A stretch of 64,000 nucleotides of DNA, from the NCBI RefSeq assembly GCF_964355755.1, contig NC_092670.1, positions 12,448,795 to 12,512,794 of the forward strand, written 5' to 3'. The stretch's first letter is position 1. Each line of letters starts with the position of its first letter. The position numbers were made by a program, and so were the translations under genes. The notes below the pieces were generated by a model, which worked only from the letters and a program-made list of their open reading frames with translations, was not told the origin of the DNA and ran no database searches. Source of the DNA: Antedon mediterranea. Its lineage: Eukaryota > Animalia > Echinodermata. This document shows positions 55,540 to 64,000 of this stretch, piece by piece.

Positions 55540-55623
55540 CTTTGAATCAACGGTGTGCTCGTATTTGCATAGAACTTAGACTTTCTGGAGTCCAATGTCG
55601 CAGACTTTGCGGCATGTTCAAAA
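55540..55623 (+). CDS. Small secreted Cys-peptide precursor, exon 2 (A-LNQRCARICIELRLSGVQCRRLCGMFK)
   Basis: Acceptor tcttttcttgcag|CT, 84 nt, phase 1-1, donor AAAA|GTAAGT; C-X3-C-X9-C-X3-C. Confidence 0.7.
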
Positions 55624-57356
55624 GTAAGTATATTAAACAAGGCCATATAGATGGCTGCAGTCGCGTGCTTAGTGTTTACCGACCGACCGACCAACCTACC
55701 AACTGACCGAAATTACTGAACATGTTTAAAAATGTTGAAATGTTTAAAAACAGTTATATTTTTTTAATTTACACGTGCGTAGCCTGTCACTTTTGACGTG
55801 CTCGTATAACGTAATTTCGAGTTGAAAAGTAAGTCAAGAAAACAGAAATCGGGCAAAAAGAGTGCGCAACAACATTTAACGCGCAGTGCGCGCGCAAAAA
55901 TCTGCGCACTCATGGCAATTTTGTAAACGCTTAAAATTGCCTGAAACGTACTCTTATTTCGTCGAAAATAAATTTTGAAAATTTTAAGCGCGCGTACGCA
56001 TGCGTTACATGCGCTACGCTAATTTTTTATTGCTCACCGTGAAAACATAACCACATCGATTCCTGGCCATAAGGAATATACTGTGAAAAATTGACTTAGC
56101 TAGATTAAACTGATATCAAGATAAGGTCAGAAAGCGATAAAACGCATAGTGATACCGGACCGACAGACCGACCGACCGACATAGTGAACTATAGAGTCGC
56201 TTCCACGCGACTAAAAATTGATAACCCATCTGCCAGCAACACAGTTGGACATAATACCTACAGTCCTGCAGTGAATTTGCGTTGCAGTGAAAAAACGTGG
56301 TTCTCACTAGAACTTAACGCAACGCAGTGGCGTATCGACGCAAAGTGATATATTGCGTAATCACAAGTGGGAACCGATGACGCAACAGTGCTGAAAAAAT
56401 CATTCAAGGTTTGATTTCACGCAGGCGGGGGCAAACACAATGATTGGAAGGGCATTTTCTCACGTTGCGTAGGGAACCACGCTTTAGCAGTTGATAATGT
56501 AGTACGCGCGTTTTTAGACCGATGATGTATATTTATAGTAGTACGACTCTTTTCTATGTCATTTTTTTTTATTATAATATTGTAATTTTAGTAGTGAGAA
56601 ATCGATGTTTTTTATACATAAATTTTAACATTTTTATGTCATTTTAATATTTTATTTGAATATTGTAATTTTACTGTAATTTTAATTGATAAACAATGCA
56701 GCAATTCAGCCTTTGGCTGAAATGTAAATATACAAAGATATAATCTTACACGCTAACATATCGCACTATTTTTTTACGCGAATTATTAGTGCAAAAAATA
56801 TTAGTGAATGAATATGGTAGTAAAGAAGTATTACACACAGAGCATAAGTAAACGATTTGTAATTATGCCGTTGTGATCTGTTCATTTTTTAGCCAATGTT
56901 AGTGTTTGCCCGTGGAAACATAACCTCAATCATTGCCAATCATTTAAATACCTTTCGTATTAAATACGAATGTCTTTAAACACCAAGGATTACCAATGTA
57001 TTACTGTCCTATAAGATGGTACCCCAACTGATACAGGGCTGTGAACCAGTTCACCGGGGGTAACCCCTACTCGTCTTGAATGATTAACTTGGTTCTTTAA
57101 AGTGCACACGGCACCACATGAGATGATTATTGGACGATGTCCTTCAGTTCCTCTGATAAACAGTTATACAAATCTAGGCCTATACGCAAAGATGATGCAT
57201 CATTGCATACGTTTTATAAAATAAGCAATGTTATGAAATAGTTGGTATATTCATTTAAAACTCTTCTATGAGCGGCCTAATACATTTAGTATAATCAAAA
57301 CGAGTGGGCATCTCATCAATGAAAAGGTAGTGCGGCATTTTACACTGCTGTTTATA

Positions 57357-57738
57357 AAGCGTGGTTCCCACTACCGACGCAATCTACGCAACGTAAGCAA
57401 ATTCCCTTCTTAAGCTTGGTTCCCACTAGAACGTAACGCAAGGACGTAAACGCAACGCAAGCGTTTTAACCAATGACAAGCGAAGTTATAGACAGTTAGC
57501 AATCACAAGCGAATAAGCCATCGCTTGTGATTGGTCAATTCACTTGCGTTGCGTTTCGTCCTTGCGTTGCGTCGCTAGTGGGAACCACGCTTAATAATTG
57601 TGTTTGCCCCCGCCTGCGTGAAATCAAACCTGCAATTTTTTCAGCACTATTGCATCGTCGGTTCCCACTTGTGATTACGCAATACAGCACTTTGCGCCGA
57701 TACGTGGCTGCGTTGCGTTCTAGTGGAAACCACGCTTA
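57357..57738. mobile_element. 179-bp MITE nested in a related MITE
   Basis: Reverse copy of the 3731 element at about 57413-57591, inside an element with the same GCGTGGTTCCCACTA-type ends. Confidence 0.7.
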
Positions 57739-58014
57739 AGAGTTGTTTCAATGTAAAGGTTTCGTTAAAGCATCCATCGTTTTCTTTTTAAACACTTAGC
57801 TATGTAATACCTTTAATATCTAATACCTTTATTATTTGTAACGCGTTCGGCGTCTATTTTTTTAAAAACAGCCATACCACTATAATTAATACATTTTAAT
57901 AATTAAAACACACTTGTGGCGTCTAACTGTTTGTTTTTTCTTGTGATTAGATTGACAGCTTTTGTTTTTTGACAATTGATTATTTACAAGAAACTTTTTT
58001 TTTATTTTTCACAG

Positions 58015-58094
58015 GAGGTGCATCCATTAATGGATTGATGGACAATCCAGAACAAGTTGAAAGGACATACTCGTCGGCAAACAATCGTCGTTAG
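58015..58094 (+). CDS. Small secreted Cys-peptide precursor, exon 3 (R-GASINGLMDNPEQVERTYSSANNRR*)
   Basis: Strong acceptor tttttatttttcacag|GA; the split codon A+GA completes Lys-Arg; TAG at 58092-58094; AATAAA at 58105. Confidence 0.6.
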
Positions 58095-59386
58095 TTCAAC
58101 ATTTAATAAACGTCGACAAGAGATTCAAATAATAACTTCATTTGATGAAAACAAACATGACAAATATTAAATGAGCAAATTAAATTAATACTCAGTTTAA
58201 CGATTAATATTGTTATAATTTAAAATTTCATAAATAAGTTTAATTGCCACTTTTAAAGTTATTAACAAAATAAGCATCTATGATCTAAAGAAATATAAAC
58301 TGCAAGCAAGACAACAAAAAACTTGCTATAAGACCCCTACAGAACTTATACTATTTTGTACTAATAATTTTAGACAGTTAAACTACATAAAGCTTGCTTT
58401 TAGATTGTATAAAAAGATATAATTTATTCAATGCCCCATTCAAACCCCCTTTAAGAACAACTTTACCGAGAACCATATTTTGAAACATAATGATTTCAAA
58501 ATAATTGCGATATTTACAATTTCACCGCGCGCGTACGTACATCTTAAATACGTTGTCAAAATAATTAGTTCTTGGTAAAGTTGTTCTTTAAATTCAAATT
58601 CGTTTCATCTTTACCAGATATCTTTTAATGACTCAATATTTATCAGCCTTCCCATGGTGCATCACATGTCGTTGCTATAAGTTTAGAGAATATATTTCAA
58701 CAAATAGTTTGCCACTTTTATACATATTTTAAAAATATTTATATCGATTTCTTGCATTTTAAATAAAATGTGGTATTACCACGTCACTGAAAATGTATAT
58801 TTACGCAGCATTATTTTTGTAATCAACACGCCTCATTCATTGAAAAACATGTAAGCATACCAACACATTTTGACCTGTGTATTCATGTAGCCCGTCATAA
58901 AAATGATTGGTCGGTTTTTGGGAACCACGATGACCGTACGTAAAAGCCGTAAAATTGTTTTGAATGGAGAAGACTACATATACTTTCGGCTTAGAGGTAT
59001 ATTATAACATTTGAGATCCCTCGAAGGAATTATATTTATTATTATATATATATTCCCGAGGGGTTTCGAATGTTATAATATCAATAAACAAGGCCATATA
59101 CATGGCTGCAGTCGCGTGCTCAAGTGAGTGGTTACAGACCAACCGACCGACCGACCAAACAACCGACATAGTGAGCTGTATAGTCGCGTTACACGCGACT
59201 AAAAATCAATCAATAGCATATGTTATATAGCCCAGGTGCTTTTTTCGAAATGAATGCTGTACATATCATTCTTTTTGTGAATTGCAACTACGACAATAGG
59301 ATTGCCAAATTGACATATATTTGCCAACGAATCAGCAGACAAGAAGAATATACAAAATGGAGTTGTAGCTTTCCAATCTAGGGTTA

Positions 59387-59558
59387 AATGCCAGGGTCTA
59401 GGGTTAAATCCCAGGGTCTAGGGTTCAATCCTAGAGTCTAGGGTTCAATCCCAGGGTCTAGGGTTCAATCCCAGGGTCTAGGGTTCAATCTCAGGGTCTA
59501 GGGTTCAATGCCAGGGTCTAGGGTTCAATGCCAGGGTCTAGGGTTCAATCCCAGGGTT
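59387..59558. repeat. 20-bp minisatellite (TCTAGGGTTCAATCCCAGGG), about 8-9 copies
   Basis: Directly visible tandem units. Confidence 0.9.
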
Positions 59559-59937
59559 GTAAGCCTATTATAAAATAGTTTTTCCATACTGTAATTACAT
59601 TAAGTTAATACGCTTGCTTAACTTGGTTCCTTTCCTGCTAAAAAAAAACAGGAATGTCTAGTTGTTACCTCTACAATAATGTAGTTTCTTGACTACACAC
59701 TAAGCAGCATGTTATGGGAAAAGACTTGTCCTAAGTCTGTGGGTATTGTCCTTTTGAGTTAGTACACCAGTCGGCATTTATAATTTTTTTTCTGAAAACT
59801 GTTTTCGAGCTCAAATATTATACGTATAAAATGCCATATGTACCAAAATACTGATCTTTTTACTAATACATGTTATTCTATTTCTATTAATTTAGCCACC
59901 AATCGATCTTATTATGTTATCCATACATCTATCTACT

Positions 59938-60081
59938 TAGACTTGCCCTAAGTCTGTATTATTTCGCAGATTTTCGATGTTTGTCAAGTTTACAAGCTCA
60001 AGTATGAAACGCCAAATGTGCCCAAATATTTATCTTCTAACCTAATATATATAGTCAAAACTCCGTCCGGAACCCAGACTG
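59938..60081 (+). mobile_element. 144-bp mini-derivative of the TAG...CTA element
   Basis: Same two ends (TAGACTTGCCCTAAGTCT, CCGGAACCCAGACTG) and 9-bp duplication CTATCTACT. Confidence 0.75.
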
Positions 60082-60574
60082 CTATCTACTATGTTCTATA
60101 TTAATTTCTTCGTATATGGGGTTACTAATATCTGCCAGATATATTCCAAAATGTGCCACGTTTAATAATAACATAATTGGACCTTTATCATTCGTATTAA
60201 AAAAATAAGTACTCAGTTCGTCAATCGTCAATTGAAGTATAATAAATAAACGGCAATTGATCACACAAAAAAGAAATAGAATAATCCAAATAAGAAGGAA
60301 AAATTTAAATTAGACAAACCTTGAGTCAGGGGTCGCTATATTTCACCGATATTAGAGCGTGCATCGATTATCGAAAGAGTACGATCGGATGAACAATACA
60401 ACAAAACGCACTGCCAGCTACTTTTAAACTTACTGCACACGTTGTTGAAGCATGGACTTATAGGTCCATTGAAATAAGAATTCGTAAATTCAATTCTATT
60501 TGTTTAGCTCTCTTCGCTGTCAATGCTTACTAAAGGAATGTGATGGGCCGTTTCGTTCTCTAACCCTCGAATTG

Positions 60575-60760
60575 ATTTTATTTTTCACACAACATTCATA
60601 AAAATATAAATAGAAAATTAAGTACAATAAAGTGTGAAAAACAGGATAACCACAAGCAAGCAAAGCTTTTAATCTGTGGCACCCTAACTTAAAATATAAA
60701 TTTACAAATATATTACAAAAATGTTTTCATGTAGTAAATAAATGAAGGAAAATACAACGT

Positions 60761-60850
<90 letters not shown>

Positions 60851-61560
60851 ACAAGAGGCAAAGAACATTAATTCTAAACCGCCCGGTGATATACTGAAAT
60901 TTAATTAATTAATTTGAAACGATATATATATATACATCACAGTCTCAGAATATATACGAAAATGTAATTAATTAAGTTAAAGTTAGACATATTTTACAAA
61001 TGTTGTTTTCGCACAGATATATTGTTTCTTTATAACTATTAATGCATTTATTTAGTAATAGTTTTTTAAATATTGATAAATTTTCACTATCTCTTATCTT
61101 ATAAGTTGATTCCATAGCTTAGGTCCTCTATATGCTATACTTTGCTGATCCATATTAGTTGAATTTAATTTTATACAATAATTGTCTTTATTTCGAGTGT
61201 TATATATATGATAATTATCAAATAAACTGAATAAAGAATTAAAACATTTTGGAAGTTGTCCTTTTTGGTATTTAAACATAAAATTTAAAACACTGTTTTT
61301 ATACAAATCAAATATATTAAATGTGCCCGTTTTCACAAAGAGCTGAGAAGAGGGATGATGAAAGTCTACCTTACAAATGATCCTAAGAGCTTTTTTCTGA
61401 AGCAATAGAAGGCGATCCAAATTTTCTTTGTTTCCCGCACCCCTTACAATAATACCATATGTCAACACTGGTAATATAAGTGTCTTGTATATGGTAAGTA
61501 ACACTTCAGTAGATACTAAATTTTTTATATGACACATGCATATAATGTTGCAATAGTGGC
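60575..61560 (-). mobile_element. 3' fragment of a CR1/L2-clade LINE, with (TA)n at about 60765-60847 in its 3' UTR
   Basis: ORF 61094-61594 IYKTLILPVLTYGIIV...LQKKALRII...YRGPKLWN; part of the UTR recurs inverted at about 37225-37300. Confidence 0.75.
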
Positions 61561-62441
61561 GAATTAAATTGAGGCCTAGGCCTATAGTTAACAATAATTT
61601 TATTGTCCACCAAAGTAATTATTATATGCTCAGTTTGCTTTGAATGTTTTATAAAAATAAGAGGAAATTTAATATCATTTACAACAAAAACAAGATTCAC
61701 CAAAAAAAGAAAAAACTATTCAGAAGGTCATTTTGAATTTTTGATTTTACGTGTTGCTTACATTTATTTCAGTAAAACATAATACAGACAAAATGTTGCC
61801 AGTTATCTTGTACATCAATTAATTTTATTAATGTACCATACCAAGTATTTTCGTTTATTGCTGTACTGACCAGTTTGCTATAAATATTTTATAAAAATAT
61901 TATATTTTAATAGCATTTACAGGTAGTGAAACAGATGGAACAGCAAAAACAAGATTCTATCACCAAAAATAAAAGAAAACACTGATCAAAAGATCAGTTT
62001 AAATTATTTATTATTAGTGATTTTACTACTTGCTTTTATTTTAAAGATTTATATATACAGACAAAATGTTGCCAGTCCTCTTTGAAATAAATTAATTTAA
62101 ATAAAGTACCATACGGTACATTTACTTTACAGTTGTTTTAATGATGTTACTGTCTTTCCAAGAAGTTAAATATTTTATTCTAATATAACATACAAATAAA
62201 TTTCCAATCAGACAACAATAAAAATGGAGCAAACCATTTTGTTCGAAGTTTGAAATGCGAAACATAGTACAGCGCACGAGGTAACGCCAGGTCAAAGTCT
62301 CTACTGCATGAACTAACGTTGAGATGCAACCTACTAAACATAAGAAAATGCCCTTCCAATACTTTGTTTGTCCCCGGCCCCGCCTGCGTGAAATCAAACC
62401 TGCGATGTTTGCAGCAGCACTGTTGCGTTGTCGGTTCCTAC

Positions 62442-63291
62442 AGCGTGGTTCCCACTAGCGACGCAACACAAGGACGTAACGCAACGCAATTGAATTGACC
62501 AATCACAAGCGATGGCTTATTCGCTTGTGATTGCTAACTGTCTATAACTTCGCTTGTCATTGGTTAAAACGCTTGCGTTGCGTTTACGTCGTTGCGTTAC
62601 GTTATAGTGGGAACCAAGCTTAAAGCGTGGTTCCCACTAGCGACGCAACGCAAGGATGTAACGCAATTCAAGTGAATTGACCAATCACAAGCGATGGCTT
62701 ATTCGCTTGTGATTGCTAACTGTCTATATCTTCGCTTGTCATTGGTTAAGCGTGGTTCCCACTAGCGACGCAACGCAAGGACGTAACGCAACGCAAGTGA
62801 ATTGACCAATCACAAGCGATGGCTTATTCGCTTGTGATTGCTAACTGTCTATAACTTCGCTTGTCATTGGTTAAAACGCTTGCGTTGCGTTTACGTCCTT
62901 GCGTTACGTTCTAGTGGGAACCAAGCTTATAGCGTGGTTCCCACTAGCGACGCAACGCAAGGACGTAACGCAACGCAAGTGAATTGACCAATCACAAGCG
63001 ATGGCTTATTCGCTTGTGATTGCTAACTGTCTATAACTTCGCTTGTCATTGGTTAAAACGCTTGCGTTGCGTTTACGTCCTTGCGTTACGTTCTAGTGGG
63101 AACCAAGCTTATAGCGTGGTTCCCACTAGCGACGCAACGCAAGGACGTAACGCAACGCAAGTGAATTGACCAATCACAAGCGATGGCTTATTCGCTTGTG
63201 ATTGCTAACTGTCTATAACTTCGCTTGTCATTGGTTAAAACGCTTGCGTTGTGTTTACGTCCTTGCGTTACGTTCTAGTGGGAACCAAGCT
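62442..63291 (+). repeat. Head-to-tail array of the 179-bp MITE (four full copies, one truncated) inside a related MITE
   Basis: AGCGTGGTTCCCACTAG...GGGAACCAAGCT units separated by TAA or TAT. Confidence 0.85.
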
Positions 63292-64000
63292 TTAGTGGGA
63301 AACACGCTATACGTTGCATAGATTGCGTTACGTTGCGTCGCTAGTGGGAACCACGCGTAAACAGGTTTAGCGACGTAATGACGAAAAGTGGGAACCGACG
63401 ACGCAACCGTGCTGCAAACATCGATTTGTATCAGCTTTATTGCATAAAGCATGGATATGTTATCACATTGGTTAAACTACCCATGGAGGAAAAAATAAAT
63501 TAAAATTTATTTTTTCCTCCATGAACTACCTAACTACTGAAAAAAGTCTGTCTGGCTTTCATAGCGGAATTTTACCAAATGTTGAAGTTGGCTATTTATT
63601 TAAAGTACATTTAACCAAATATTATATTAAAATTCATGTCAGTACGTACTTGAGCTCCAAACATTATAGTAACAGCGACCTCTATATATTGCCGATGTTA
63701 ACCACATCCTGCATGCCACCTCCTACGTACTTTTATCGACAGGCGGCCTCCAGGCGGCCTAGCGAAACATTCATTTTCTTGTTGAGACGACTGAGGGGGA
63801 TGTGAAATTTATAGCAGAGTATTTTGGTGTCTACTCGATCTAGAAAACTCAGATCTCACATATAAAGTATCTGCGTTTTCTAGAACAAAAAAACTCACCT
63901 CACACCTAAATAAATTTCTGTCATTTGATGGGACGATTGTGGGTCACATGGATTGCGTGCAATAGTACGCGCTATTAAACGATCGTTTAATAGAACTTTT

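Overview
AT-rich, intron-containing, transposon-dense animal DNA, probably an invertebrate deuterostome such as an echinoderm (inference from Link-domain genes and a Deu-like SINE). Two host gene systems are visible once splicing is read. (1) A + strand tandem array of five copies of a three-exon gene for a secreted protein of about 410 aa: signal peptide and PAN/apple domain (exon 1), a 25-nt micro-exon (VLD[S/P]DFKR), and three Link-like modules (exon 3). Copies 2-4 look intact, copy 1 is cut by the window edge, and copy 5 is a pseudogene; the copies differ in clustered patches of Link modules 2 and 3. (2) A three-exon gene absent from the ORF track (54566-58094) encoding a 75-aa precursor: signal peptide, a cationic C-X3-C-X9-C-X3-C peptide, a KR site and a C-terminal tail. 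The rest is mobile DNA: a four-level nest of DNA transposons in one intron, an Academ-like element with ~2-kb inverted arms, a TAG...CTA element family with 9-bp target duplications, MITE arrays, Helentron-like elements, LINE fragments, a Penelope fragment and SINEs. Family and domain names are from motif recognition by eye, not database searches.
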